Assembly (NCBI GenBank): GCA_963664195.1
Contig: OY760907.1
Span: 3,168,001-3,232,000 of the forward strand
Direction of reading: 5' to 3'
From: an uncultured candidate division Zixibacteria bacterium
GTDB taxonomy: Bacteria > Zixibacteria > MSB-5A5 > GN15 > FEB-12
Length of the DNA: 64,000 nucleotides
The translations under genes and the position numbers were made by a program. This document shows positions 30,425-40,292 of the stretch, piece after piece (within the stretch, counting starts at the first letter, position 1; each line of letters opens with the position of its first letter). The notes beneath the pieces are model-generated. The model was not told where the DNA came from and searched no databases. It saw only the letters and a list, made by a program, of their open reading frames with translations.

Positions 30425-30524
30425 TCATTGTGTTTTTGACCGCCTTCAATTCCATTCAAACCATGACCGCATTTCGTTGTGGGGCTGTGCGATAGCCGCT
30501 GTGCCCAGATGTCGTTGAGGCAAT

Positions 30525-30540
30525 TGGCATGCTTTCTGTA
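30525..30540 (+). promoter_or_regulatory. putative sigma54 -24/-12 promoter
   Basis: TGGCATGCTTTCTGTA, GG-N10-GT (GC replaced by GT), about 100 bp downstream of the UAS pair. Confidence 0.5.
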
Positions 30541-30552
30541 TTGTCGCACGGC

Positions 30553-31026
30553 ATGAATGCGAAAGTTGCAATACCTGTATGGGACGGAAGAGTCTCACCG
30601 GTGATGGACACGGCTCAGTGTCTGTTGGTGGTTCGGCTCCAGGACGGTCATGAAGTCGCGCGAGAGACGGTGACCGTTCCGCCCGGTCACTTTGCATCTG
30701 GGGCAGCATTCATTTCCAGCCTGAACATAGATGTCCTTATCTGCGGAGCGATCTCCTGCCGGTTTGAAGAAGCTCTTCGATCTGGCGACATCAAGGTTCA
30801 ACCGTGGCACTGCGGTGAAGCAGAAGACGTGTTGGCAGCTTTTGTCAGGGGTGATATCGAGAACGAAGGGTTTCGACTGCCCGGCTGTGGGCGCGGACGT
30901 CGAAGAGGTGGCACTGGTGGCCGCTGCCGCGTCCGTGGTGGAGCAGGACAGCGAAGACAAAACATGAGGAGCAAAGATGAGAATAGCGGTTTCGGCTCAA
31001 GGAAACGAACTGACAAGCAACGTTGA
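30553..31026 (+). CDS. NifB/NifX family (orange-protein-like) protein with Gly/Arg-rich tail
   Basis: KVAIPVWDGRVSPVMDTA, LICGAIS, PGCGRGRRR. Confidence 0.8.
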   Translation: MNAKVAIPVWDGRVSPVMDTAQCLLVVRLQDGHEVARETVTVPPGHFASGAAFISSLNIDVLICGAISCRFEEALRSGDIKVQPWHCGEAEDVLAAFVRGDIENEGFRLPGCGRGRRRGGTGGRCRVRGGAGQRRQNMRSKDENSGFGSRKRTDKQR

Positions 31027-31339
31027 TCCGCGGTTTGGCAGGGCGCACTGTTTCCTGGTTTTTGACACTGCTGATGACAGTGTCGAGGTAGTGTCAAACG
31101 ACCAGAATATGAATGCCGCGCAAGGTGCCGGAATCCAGGCCGCACAAACTGTGGCCAACAAGAATGTGGATTTGGTAGTATCGGGTAATTTCGGACCAAA
31201 GGCATTCCGCGCACTGGCGGCGGCCAAGATCAAGGCTGCCTGTTGGGCCGAGGGGACGGTCGCGGATGCGATCCAGCTTGCCCGTGATGAAAAACTGGCC
31301 ATTAGCGACGGAGCTAATGTCGAAGGTCACTGGATGTAG
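30977..31339 (+). CDS. NifB/NifX family molybdenum-iron cluster-binding protein (orange protein-like)
   Basis: VDPRFGRAHCF, GAGIQAAQ, GNFGPKAF. Confidence 0.9.
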   Translation: MRIAVSAQGNELTSNVDPRFGRAHCFLVFDTADDSVEVVSNDQNMNAAQGAGIQAAQTVANKNVDLVVSGNFGPKAFRALAAAKIKAACWAEGTVADAIQLARDEKLAISDGANVEGHWM

Positions 31340-31358
31340 GCGACGAAAGGAGTCAGGT

Positions 31359-31679
31359 ATGCCAGGTGGAGATAGAACCGGACCAAATGGAGCCGGACCG
31401 ATGACAGGACGTGGTGCCGGTATGTGCGCCGGATACAATGTCCCGGGATACGCCAGCAGCGGTTATGGCCGTGGCTTTGGCAGAGGAATGGGTGGTGGAC
31501 GCGGACGTCGTAACCGGTTCTTTGCCACCGGAGCACAGGGTTGGCCAAATGTCCCGCAGCAGCCGGGGGGCAGCGAGCTGGAGGAACTTGCGATGCTACG
31601 CGAGGAGACGAAGCAGCTCAGAGCGGCCCTGGCAAAAATAGAACAACGGGTTCAGAACCTGCAACCAAAAGATGAGTAG
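31359..31679 (+). CDS. DUF5320 family protein
   Basis: MPGGDRTGPNGAGPMTGRGAGMC, Gly/Arg-rich middle, C-terminal coiled coil. Confidence 0.85.
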   Translation: MPGGDRTGPNGAGPMTGRGAGMCAGYNVPGYASSGYGRGFGRGMGGGRGRRNRFFATGAQGWPNVPQQPGGSELEELAMLREETKQLRAALAKIEQRVQNLQPKDE

Positions 31680-31703
31680 GCCAGCCTGAACGGCAGGAGA
31701 CAG

Positions 31704-32123
31704 ATGAATACTATGGGGCGACACAACAATCAGGGTAGAGGTTGCGGTATCGGTCAGGGCCGGGGATGCGGCAGAGGGCGTGGGATGAGGGGAGGAGTCG
31801 GCATGGGTCAACAGCCGGTCTTCGGTGCCTTTGGGCAGTCAACGACTCCTCAGGAAGAAGTGTTCGTGCGACAGTCAGTGCCTGTTCCACAGCCGACAGA
31901 AATCGCGCCCCAACGAATTACACCACAGACCGGCGGCAATATCGCTGTTGTCTCGGAAGACGAGTGTATCGGCTGCGGCATATGTGCGGATGTCTGCCCG
32001 TCGGGCGCCGTTTCCATAACGGACGACATCGCTGCTGTGACGTCTGAACTCTGTACGGGCTGTGGAGCGTGTGTCGACGAGTGCCCGAATTCTGCAGTCA
32101 CGCTGACCGCACGGGTGTCATAG
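31704..32123 (+). CDS. 2x[4Fe-4S] ferredoxin with Gly-rich N-terminus
   Basis: CIGCGICADVCP and CTGCGACVDECP. Confidence 0.88.
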   Translation: MNTMGRHNNQGRGCGIGQGRGCGRGRGMRGGVGMGQQPVFGAFGQSTTPQEEVFVRQSVPVPQPTEIAPQRITPQTGGNIAVVSEDECIGCGICADVCPSGAVSITDDIAAVTSELCTGCGACVDECPNSAVTLTARVS

Positions 32124-32140
32124 TATGAAAGGAGTCTATC

Positions 32141-32356
32141 ATGCCACAGAATAACAACATGGGACGAGGCGGAGGAGGCGGGGGCCGTGGGAGCGGTCAA
32201 GGTGGAGGTCGCGGTATGGGACGAGGCGGACGAGCGCTCGGTCCGGGAGGCGAATGCGTCTGCCCGCAATGCGGAGCAACCGTACCACACAGGCAGGGGG
32301 TACCGTGTATCGATGAAGACTGTCCCAAGTGTGGCAGCAAGATGACAAGGAGATGA
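32141..32356 (+). CDS. small Gly-rich, Cys-rich metal-binding protein
   Basis: GPGGECVCPQCG...GVPC...CPKCGSKM; AGGAG RBS. Confidence 0.8.
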   Translation: MPQNNNMGRGGGGGGRGSGQGGGRGMGRGGRALGPGGECVCPQCGATVPHRQGVPCIDEDCPKCGSKMTRR

Positions 32357-32375
32357 TCCTACGTCCAACGAGATT

Positions 32376-33248
32376 GTGAGAATCGCAGTAGCCAGCGGCA
32401 AAGGTGGCACCGGCAAAACGACCGTTGCTACCAACCTCGCGGTGGCGATCGCAGGGACCGGACGGTCGGTGGCCTGCCTTGATTGCGATGTTGAAGAACC
32501 GAACGGGAGTATCTTCATCCAACCCGACGTGCTGAAAGAGTTGGACGTTAAGGTGCCTGTCCCCCGAGTGGATATGAAGAAGTGCACATTCTGCGGCGAC
32601 TGCTCGGCAGCCTGCGAGTACAATGCACTTGCCGTTCTCGGCACAACAGTCGAAGTTTTCGACTCGCTCTGCCACAGTTGCGGTGCTTGCGTCGACGTGT
32701 GTCCGGAAGGCGCAATCACCGAAATCGAAAGAACCATTGGCAGAATCCGCAAGGGGACAGGCAAGGGAGTGGAGTTTCTCGAAGGCCGCCTGAATGTCGG
32801 AGAGGCGATGTCTCCCCCTGTCACCAGGGCGCTCAAGAAGATGTCCCTGACTTCAGACGTAGTCATACTCGACGCACCGCCGGGAACATCATGCCCGGCC
32901 ATAGAGGCAATCTCGGCCACGGACTTCGTCGTGTTAGTCACTGAACCAACTCCGTTCGGATTGAACGATCTGAGACTGGCGGTCGGCATGGTGCGCGAGG
33001 TCGGATTGCCTTTTGGCGTGTTGATTAATCGCGCCGATTCCGGAGATCGACGGACGACGGAATACTGCCTGAAAGAAGACATCGATATTCTTCTGAGCAT
33101 TCCTTTTGATCGTCGTATCGCCGAGGCATATTCGCGCGGTGACATGGTCTTCCAGGTAAATGAAGATTATCGACGCAGCCTCTGTGAGTTGTACGAGAAC
33201 ATTCTAAAGCGAGTCAACCATGACAGAGTTGGTAGTAGTCAGCGGTAA
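32376..33248 (+). CDS. MinD-superfamily P-loop ATPase with inserted ferredoxin domain
   Basis: SGKGGTGKT, DCDVEEPN, two CxxCxxCxxxC motifs, DAPPGTSCP. Confidence 0.9.
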   Translation: MRIAVASGKGGTGKTTVATNLAVAIAGTGRSVACLDCDVEEPNGSIFIQPDVLKELDVKVPVPRVDMKKCTFCGDCSAACEYNALAVLGTTVEVFDSLCHSCGACVDVCPEGAITEIERTIGRIRKGTGKGVEFLEGRLNVGEAMSPPVTRALKKMSLTSDVVILDAPPGTSCPAIEAISATDFVVLVTEPTPFGLNDLRLAVGMVREVGLPFGVLINRADSGDRRTTEYCLKEDIDILLSIPFDRRIAEAYSRGDMVFQVNEDYRRSLCELYENILKRVNHDRVGSSQR

Positions 33249-34128
33249 GGGAGGCACAGGGAAAACCAGCATGGTCGGAGCGCTGGCCTCGCTGTTTGAC
33301 AATAAGGTATTAGTGGACTGTGATGTCGACGCAGCCGATCTTCACTTGATCACAAACAATCAAGTACTGGAAACGCATTCGTTCATCGGCGGCAAACAGG
33401 CACGCATCGTGGAAGGCAAATGCAACGGCTGCGGCATCTGTGCGGAGAAGTGTCGATTTGAGGCCATTCACGAATCCGGCGATCTCTACCGCGTTGACCG
33501 GCTCGCCTGCGACGGCTGTGGGGTATGCGTACGCCAATGCCCCGAGGAGGCTATAGAATTCAACGATGTCATGAGCGGCGAGTGGTTTGTGTCGGAGACG
33601 CCGTTCGGCCCCATGGTCCATGCACGTCTTGGGCTGGCTCAAGGGAATTCGGGCAAGCTCGTGTCGGTACTCAGACAAACTGCCCGGAAGTTAATCGAAG
33701 AACAGAAGCGGGATTTGGTCATCATCGATGGCCCTCCTGGAATCGGCTGCCCGGTTATCGCCTCGACCACGGGCGCATCGTATGTACTGATCGTGACCGA
33801 GCCGTCAATGTCCGCAATGCACGACATGGAACGCCTGAGAGAGTTGACCTCGCATTTTGGCATTCCCACGGGTCTGTGCATCAATAAGCACGACATCAAC
33901 CCCGACATCACCGCACAAATCGAGTCATTTGCCGAAACCCACGATACTACTGTCCTTGGGAAAATACCGTACGACCCAGCGGTGACAGCCTCACAGATAG
34001 CAGGCTCAAGCGTAGTGGAATACAGCAACGGCATAGCAGCAAAAGCAATTCGACAGATCCAGAATCGGTTGACAGAAGAGATGGCGCACCGTACGCCGAC
34101 CGGTCGCAAGGATATAATCACATTATAA
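33220..34128 (+). CDS. MinD-superfamily P-loop ATPase with inserted ferredoxin domain (second paralogue)
   Basis: SGKGGTGKT, DCDVDAADL, two ferredoxin motifs, DGPPGIGCP. Confidence 0.9.
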   Translation: MTELVVVSGKGGTGKTSMVGALASLFDNKVLVDCDVDAADLHLITNNQVLETHSFIGGKQARIVEGKCNGCGICAEKCRFEAIHESGDLYRVDRLACDGCGVCVRQCPEEAIEFNDVMSGEWFVSETPFGPMVHARLGLAQGNSGKLVSVLRQTARKLIEEQKRDLVIIDGPPGIGCPVIASTTGASYVLIVTEPSMSAMHDMERLRELTSHFGIPTGLCINKHDINPDITAQIESFAETHDTTVLGKIPYDPAVTASQIAGSSVVEYSNGIAAKAIRQIQNRLTEEMAHRTPTGRKDIITL

Positions 34129-34159
34129 CTATATTAAGAAACGTGAAAGAGAACAGAGC

Positions 34160-34498
34160 ATGAAAATCGCAATCCCGACCGCCGAAGGAGTCTTGTGTCC
34201 GCATTTTGGTCATTGCCAGCAGTTTGCAGTAATGGACGTGGATATGGAGACAAAGGAAATCACCAATACTGAAATGCACACGCCCCCGATGCACGAACCG
34301 GGCGTACTCCCGGCCTGGCTGGGTAAGATGGGCTGCGATATGATAATCGCGGGCGGGATGGGGCAGAGGGCCATTACGCTTTTCGAGCAAAACGACGTGC
34401 AGGTTGTCATCGGTGCTCCCGTTGGCAAACCGGATGAGATAGTAAAGGCCCACTTGCAGGGTGCGTTGGAAACAGGATCCAATCTCTGTGACCACTAA
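34160..34498 (+). CDS. NifB/NifX family protein
   Basis: HFGHCQQF, HEPGVLP, GGMGQRA, C-terminal CDH. Confidence 0.9.
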   Translation: MKIAIPTAEGVLCPHFGHCQQFAVMDVDMETKEITNTEMHTPPMHEPGVLPAWLGKMGCDMIIAGGMGQRAITLFEQNDVQVVIGAPVGKPDEIVKAHLQGALETGSNLCDH

Positions 34499-34916
34499 GG
34501 GTGGCAGAGAATCCATCAACCACCTGCGCAACACACATCATTCGCAATGCATAGTGTGCGGGGATGCCAACGGGCATGGCCTGCACCTGGAATTCTCTCT
34601 CTGTGACGACGGCTCAGTCGAGGCAACGTTTCCGTGCGACCTCTCGTACCAGGGGTACGACGGCATTCTGCACGGCGGCATAATCTCCTGTCTGCTGGAC
34701 GGTGCCATGACAAACTGCCTGTTCTCACAGGGAATCACGGCGACAACGGGTGAATTGGTTATGCGGTTCCATCACCCTGTTGTCGCCGGAGTTCCGGCGA
34801 CAATAAACGCCCGAGTTTCCAAATCACGATCCCCGCTGCATCTTCTTGAGGCGGAACTGATTCAGAACGACAGACTCATGGCACACGCAACCGCCAAGTT
34901 TATGGAGATTCACTAG
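34488..34916 (+). CDS. PaaI family thioesterase
   Basis: CIVCG, QGYDGILHGGIISCLLDGAM; start uncertain. Confidence 0.85.
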   Translation: MTTKGGRESINHLRNTHHSQCIVCGDANGHGLHLEFSLCDDGSVEATFPCDLSYQGYDGILHGGIISCLLDGAMTNCLFSQGITATTGELVMRFHHPVVAGVPATINARVSKSRSPLHLLEAELIQNDRLMAHATAKFMEIH

Positions 34917-34942
34917 CGGGAGGTCGTCTCCTGTCTCTGACG

Positions 34943-35905
34943 TTAACCGCTGCCTCTCGGCAAGCTCGCGGTCGGCTTTGTCTTATCGCGGGACGGCCGG
35001 AGAGAGAACAGTACCGAGCCGGTCAGAACAACGGTTATCAGGGCTAGTGATATCAGGATTGGTACCTCGATCACACTCGACAGGAGCATCTTGAGGCCTA
35101 CCAGAACCAGAACCACCGCAAGCCCGGCTTTGAGATAACGGAACCGATCGAGCATGCCAGCCATCAGAAAGTACAGTGACCGCAGTCCCAGTATCGCAAA
35201 AATGTTCGACGTAAAGACGATAAACGGGTCGGAAGTTATCGCAAAAACCGCAGGGATAGAATCCACCGCAAAAAGAAGATCCGAGAACTCCACCGTAATG
35301 AGGGAAAGAAAGAGTGGCGTGATCAGCCAGCGACCGTTCTCTCTGGCGAGGAAATTCGCTCCCCGGTGACCGTCAGCTACCGGGACGAGGCGTTTCACCA
35401 GTCGCACTATGAGGGAACGATCGACATCCATTCCCTCTCTCTTCTGCCTGAAGAGTCTGATGCCGGTGGCGACGAGAATCCCGCCGAACAAATACATCGT
35501 CCAGTGGAAATGGGAGAGCATCGCTCCTCCCACCAGGATGAAGAGGGCACGCATAACCAGAGCGCCAAGAATGCCCCAGAAGAGCACGCGATGTTGCCAC
35601 TCCGAGGGAATGTTGAAGTACGAGAAGATAGCAACGAAGACAAACAGATTGTCCACGGACAATGCCTTCTCGATGACATACCCGGTCAGAAACTCGAGAG
35701 CCTTGTTCGAGCCGAACCAGAAATATACTCCCAGATTGAACAGCAGTGCCAATCCCACCCAGACCGTGGACCACGCCAGAGCCTCGCGAACAGAAACCGT
35801 ATGCTGATTGCGGTGGAACACGCCAAGATCAAGGCCAAGCATAAGCAGCACAAAAGCCACGAAACCGGCAATCAGCGTGGGGGAACCGATGGATTCCACA
35901 ATCAT
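34943..35905 (-). CDS. terC: TerC/Alx family membrane protein
   Basis: EKALSVDNLFVF, DLLFAVDSIPA, SNIFAILGLRSLYF. Confidence 0.92.
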   Translation of the reverse strand: MIVESIGSPTLIAGFVAFVLLMLGLDLGVFHRNQHTVSVREALAWSTVWVGLALLFNLGVYFWFGSNKALEFLTGYVIEKALSVDNLFVFVAIFSYFNIPSEWQHRVLFWGILGALVMRALFILVGGAMLSHFHWTMYLFGGILVATGIRLFRQKREGMDVDRSLIVRLVKRLVPVADGHRGANFLARENGRWLITPLFLSLITVEFSDLLFAVDSIPAVFAITSDPFIVFTSNIFAILGLRSLYFLMAGMLDRFRYLKAGLAVVLVLVGLKMLLSSVIEVPILISLALITVVLTGSVLFSLRPSRDKTKPTASLPRGSG

Positions 35906-36074
35906 CGTTCAGGTCTCCGGATTATTAAGTCATCCTTGCGCACTATACTCTCCTTCACATGCCGGCCGAGGGCCGCTCATTCTGCCTTGTCAGTAATAAC
36001 GGTAAAAAGCGATTGTTGGTAAATCACAAAATATCATATTGACAGTTCGATTATACCGCAGTATGTTTTATGCC

Positions 36075-36989
36075 ATGGACTGGCTCAACTATCATCATCT
36101 GATGTATTTCTGGACGGTTGTCAGGAAGGGCGGACTGGCTCCTGCTGCAGAAGCACTGCGTTTGTCACCATCTACGATCAGTTCACAAATACAACAGCTT
36201 GAGACCGTGCTGGGTTACAAGCTGTTTGATCGGTCGGGGCGTCAAATGACGGTGAACGATGTCGGCCAGGTTGTGTATCGGTACGCGGAGGAGATATTCA
36301 CTCTCGGCCGAGAGCTGCAGGATGCTCTTGAGGACCGCCCGCACGAACGTCCGATACGGGTCCAGATAGGTCTTGCGGACGTCATTCCCAAGCTAGCTGC
36401 GGCCAGACTTCTGGCGCCGATTTTGGACTCGTTGCACACATACAATCTGGTGTGTCGTGAGGATCATCCTGACCGCCTGGTTTCCGAGCTGATCCTGCAC
36501 GAGCTTGATATTGTTCTGACGGACGCACCTATCGGACCGGACCTCCGGGTGCGCGGGTTCAATCATCTGCTGGGGGAGAGTCCGGTTGCCGTCTATGCCT
36601 CTCCGGAGCTGGCTAAGCGCTACAGGGGCAGTTTCCCGGAGTTCCTTGATGGCGCTCCCTGCATACTGCCCGGCGATCGAACGGTCCTAAGGAGATCTCT
36701 GGAGAGTTGGTTTGAATCTCATGATATACGTCCGAAAGTAGTTGCCGAGTGCGACGACAGCGCGTTGATTATGTCGCTCGGACAATCAAGAGTGGGCTGT
36801 TTCATGGCTCCACAGATTGTGGGAAAGGAAATCGTCCGCCAATATCGCGTTCGAGAGGCCGGCGTTCTTGACGGTGTTGTGGAGAAGTTCTACGCGGTGT
36901 CGATGGACCGACGGATAGAACACCCCGCGGTAAAAGCAATCGTAGACCATGCTAAAACAGACATCTTTGGCCAGGGCGATGTGACCTGA
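36075..36989 (+). CDS. nhaR: LysR family activator NhaR
   Basis: WLNYHHLMYFW N-terminus characteristic of NhaR; divergent from terC. Confidence 0.85.
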   Translation: MDWLNYHHLMYFWTVVRKGGLAPAAEALRLSPSTISSQIQQLETVLGYKLFDRSGRQMTVNDVGQVVYRYAEEIFTLGRELQDALEDRPHERPIRVQIGLADVIPKLAAARLLAPILDSLHTYNLVCREDHPDRLVSELILHELDIVLTDAPIGPDLRVRGFNHLLGESPVAVYASPELAKRYRGSFPEFLDGAPCILPGDRTVLRRSLESWFESHDIRPKVVAECDDSALIMSLGQSRVGCFMAPQIVGKEIVRQYRVREAGVLDGVVEKFYAVSMDRRIEHPAVKAIVDHAKTDIFGQGDVT

Positions 36990-37027
36990 GAGGATAGACA
37001 CAAACGTCAGATTGGTGATGGAGTGAT

Positions 37028-38725
37028 ATGCATGAGCTAGCCTATCTCCGCGATCTGGTTATCATACTTGGATTCGCGGTGGTCATCGTTGTTCTGTTCC
37101 ACCGATTAAGACTGCCCTCGGTTGCAGGGTTCATCCTGTCCGGCGTGCTCGTCGGGCCGCAGGGACTTGGCCTGATTGATGACTCGCATCAGGTTGAGGT
37201 GCTGGCAGAGATAGGGGTGGCGCTTCTCCTGTTTGGTATCGGTGTTGAACTGTCCTTGAAGAAGCTCCAGCGGTTGTGGAAACTTGTTCTGGCCGGAGGC
37301 ACCCTTCAGGTTGGACTCACTGGAGCAGTCGTATTCACCCTGGCCCGTATGTTAGGTCTAGCGGGCAATTCAGCTATTTTCATCGGCTTGGTCGTCGCAC
37401 TCTCCAGTACGGCGATTGTCCTAAGGGGATTACAGCAACGGGGAGAGGTCGATGCTCCCCACGGCCGCCTGATACTGGGCATTCTCGTTTTCCAGGACTT
37501 CGCTGTCATACCGATAATGCTGATCATCCCGCTTCTGATTGGCTCTAATCCAGACGCTGGCGCATTCGGCGTCATGCTTGCAAAGTCCGTCGGCATTGTG
37601 GCCGCTGTACTTCTCCTGGCTATTCTTGTCGTGCCTCGCATTCTTCGTCTTGTAGCCAGAACTCGACAGCGACAACTGTTCATTCTGTCTGTTTTTCTGA
37701 TATGCCTCGGAACGGCCTGGCTTGTCACCAAATCCGGCGCTTCACTGGCGGTTGGTGCGTTTCTGGCCGGCCTGGTCGTCTCGGGAAGCGAATACCGGCA
37801 TCAGGCCCTCGCGGATATGATATCTTTCAGGGAGGTTTTTGCCAGTCTCTTTTTTGTGTCGATCGGTATGCTACTGGCACCGTCGATGATTTTGGATAAC
37901 CTCGTCTCGATTCTCATTATTCTCGCTGCGATTCTCATCGGCAAGTCACTGTTCGTGTTCATCGCGGCAGCGATCCTCCGCATGCCGATACGAGTGTGTA
38001 TTGTCGCCGCCGTTGCACTGGCCCAGATAGGAGAGTTCTCATTTATCCTACTCTTTTCCGTTCAGGGGACAGGGTTGGTAGAAAAAACCCTCGAGAGCAC
38101 ACTGGCCTCGGCGGCGATTCTATCAATGTTTATAACACCGTTTGCCATGTCCTTCGGCCCCCGACTGGCTGCCGGACTGGGGAGATTCAAGCACTTCAAG
38201 AATCTCTTTGAAGTAGATTCCGCGGAAGATGTCTCCGACGCCGTGGCGGGCCTGCGAGATCATGTGATTGTCGCCGGCTATGGCTTTGCGGGCAGAGAGC
38301 TGTCGCAGGTATTGGATGCGCACGATATCGCGTACGTGATACTCGACTTGAACATCGGCAATGTCCGAAAGGCTACCCGTGAGACAGGGAAAGCTGTTTT
38401 TGGCGATGTCACCAATGAGGGCGTACTCAGTAAACTCGGCGTGGAGCACGCCCGTGAACTCGTCTTGTTGATTAACGACCCCGCAGCTTCGGAGCAGGCC
38501 GTTCGGGTGGCGAGGGCGCTCGCTCCCGATCTGTTCATAAGTGTGCGGACAGCATACCTGCTCGATATCAAGGGACTGCTGGCGGCAGGGGCAAACGAGG
38601 TTATACCCTCTGAGCGAGAAGCGGCTGTGCAGGTTGCGACACAACTCCTGAGGCGACACGGGGCCGACGAGGATCAGGTTTCCAGGCATGCGCTGAAGAT
38701 CCGGGGCCACTCTGAAGATGATTGA
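37028..38725 (+). CDS. Kef-type cation:proton antiporter (CPA2) with TrkA-N domain
   Basis: ALSSTAIV, LVFQD, LAQIGEFSF, GYGFAG nucleotide-binding domain. Confidence 0.9.
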   Translation: MHELAYLRDLVIILGFAVVIVVLFHRLRLPSVAGFILSGVLVGPQGLGLIDDSHQVEVLAEIGVALLLFGIGVELSLKKLQRLWKLVLAGGTLQVGLTGAVVFTLARMLGLAGNSAIFIGLVVALSSTAIVLRGLQQRGEVDAPHGRLILGILVFQDFAVIPIMLIIPLLIGSNPDAGAFGVMLAKSVGIVAAVLLLAILVVPRILRLVARTRQRQLFILSVFLICLGTAWLVTKSGASLAVGAFLAGLVVSGSEYRHQALADMISFREVFASLFFVSIGMLLAPSMILDNLVSILIILAAILIGKSLFVFIAAAILRMPIRVCIVAAVALAQIGEFSFILLFSVQGTGLVEKTLESTLASAAILSMFITPFAMSFGPRLAAGLGRFKHFKNLFEVDSAEDVSDAVAGLRDHVIVAGYGFAGRELSQVLDAHDIAYVILDLNIGNVRKATRETGKAVFGDVTNEGVLSKLGVEHARELVLLINDPAASEQAVRVARALAPDLFISVRTAYLLDIKGLLAAGANEVIPSEREAAVQVATQLLRRHGADEDQVSRHALKIRGHSEDD

Positions 38726-38811
38726 CTGTCCGAGATTGCCCTGAGCGGGTGATTTCAACAAACCGATTCCGCGTTGCGCATTCTCAAGTTTCATCCTACC
38801 TTGATTTCGCT

Positions 38812-39654
38812 ATGAAAGATCGCTCAACCAGAGACACCAAAGAACACTACTCCCCGGCAAACTTGCTGGACGGAATCCGTGTAGCCCTGTCAGAGATGGG
38901 TGTTACGGCTGAGACGGTGACGCTCGACCACCTGGCAACCCTGGATGAATTCCATATCAGAGGCCGGAAAGGTACTCAAGAGCTGTTTGCACTGCTGAAG
39001 CCGACGAGATCAATGCACGTGCTGGACATAGGTGCCGGGCTTGGCGGTCCGGCGAGAGTGTTGGCGTCGCAATACGGTTCGACCGTGACAGGCCTGGACC
39101 TTTCGGAAGTGTTTGTCGATGTCGGCAACGAGCTGTCCGAATGGCTCAATCTGTCCGATCAGGTCCAGCTAGTTTGCGGAAACGCTCTGGAGATGCCGTT
39201 CGAGAACGGCGGTTTCGACGCAGCCTTCACCATTCACACGCTGATGAATATCAAAGACAAGCCTGCGCTAGTAGCCGAGACTGCCCGCGTGCTGAAACCT
39301 GGGGCGGCGTTGGCGATGTTCGAGACGTTCACCGGTGACGGGGGAGAGATTCTCTTTCCACTGCCGTGGGCCGATCATACACAAATCGATTTCACCGGCT
39401 CACGAGAGGCTCTGGAAGCTGCATTGACCGAGAACGGATTTCGGATCGAAACGGTCATTGATGCAACGCCTGAGTGTACGTCTTGGATCGAAAACTCGGC
39501 CCGACGGGTGAGTAGCGGCAAAGGGTTGCCGCCGCTCGGATTGAACCTGTTGTTGGGAGAATCGTTCGTGAAGAGGATACAGACGTTCGCGCGCAATCTC
39601 AGCGAGGGACGCTTGACGGTAGCAAGGATCGTAGCGACGCGGAACATGTCATAA
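38812..39654 (+). CDS. class I SAM-dependent methyltransferase (sarcosine/dimethylglycine N-methyltransferase-like)
   Basis: DEFHIRG, VLDIGAGLGGPAR, FPLPWA. Confidence 0.8.
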   Translation: MKDRSTRDTKEHYSPANLLDGIRVALSEMGVTAETVTLDHLATLDEFHIRGRKGTQELFALLKPTRSMHVLDIGAGLGGPARVLASQYGSTVTGLDLSEVFVDVGNELSEWLNLSDQVQLVCGNALEMPFENGGFDAAFTIHTLMNIKDKPALVAETARVLKPGAALAMFETFTGDGGEILFPLPWADHTQIDFTGSREALEAALTENGFRIETVIDATPECTSWIENSARRVSSGKGLPPLGLNLLLGESFVKRIQTFARNLSEGRLTVARIVATRNMS

Positions 39655-39716
39655 GATAAGGGACAGCGCATTACGCGCCGCCCCTCAAGCATTACTTCAT
39701 GTGCGATTGATCTTCG

Positions 39717-40274
39717 CTACAAATACATCATCAGAAAGACTAGCGGCACAACCAGACCAACTCCGGTCAGCCAGGCGCCACGTCCGGTGATGCCTTTTTT
39801 CCCTCTGAGAACAAACAGCCCGGTTATGCAGATCAGTATCAGCGCCACGCAGAACAAATCCGAAAACCAGGTCCAAAGGCGCTGGGGGTTATAATGTAGG
39901 AAGTTAACCTCAAACAACAGAGGTCGTTTCTCCAACTTTTCAATCAACCCATGGCCGGTTGCCAGGTTGACATCAAGCGTACCGCCACTCTTGAGAAATA
40001 CGCGCATGGCGTCCGGCAACGGTTGATAGTGCATCTTGTATTCACCCGCCAGATCGGTCTGCTCAAGCAGTTCCAACACTGCTGCCTTCGGAACCAATTC
40101 GCCTTCCGAGTACCTCTGGTCCCATTGCACCTCAGTGTGAGTCAGCGAATAGTTCGGATTGAAGTCGGCGCGGTGATTAAGCGCAATGCCAGACAACGAG
40201 TAGATGACCGTCATCCCGAAAAAGATGTAACCCAGATCGCGATGAAGGATGTTGTTCCACTTACGCCATTTCAT
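39717..40274 (-). CDS. PepSY-associated TM helix domain protein
   Basis: LHRDLGY, SGIALNH, NFLHYNP, W..FSD motifs. Confidence 0.85.
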   Translation of the reverse strand: MKWRKWNNILHRDLGYIFFGMTVIYSLSGIALNHRADFNPNYSLTHTEVQWDQRYSEGELVPKAAVLELLEQTDLAGEYKMHYQPLPDAMRVFLKSGGTLDVNLATGHGLIEKLEKRPLLFEVNFLHYNPQRLWTWFSDLFCVALILICITGLFVLRGKKGITGRGAWLTGVGLVVPLVFLMMYL

Positions 40275-40292
40275 AACCAGACCGATGTCGCT

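Noticed and set aside
31850..33145. Long antisense ORFs (431 aa here; also 18718-19779, 48225-49127, 62726-63844)
   Set aside because: Shadow frames opposite well-supported genes in GC-rich DNA, with no motifs of their own.
35906..36074. yybP-ykoY manganese riboswitch upstream of terC
   Set aside because: I could not identify the conserved elements; the gap looks like a divergent promoter region shared with nhaR.
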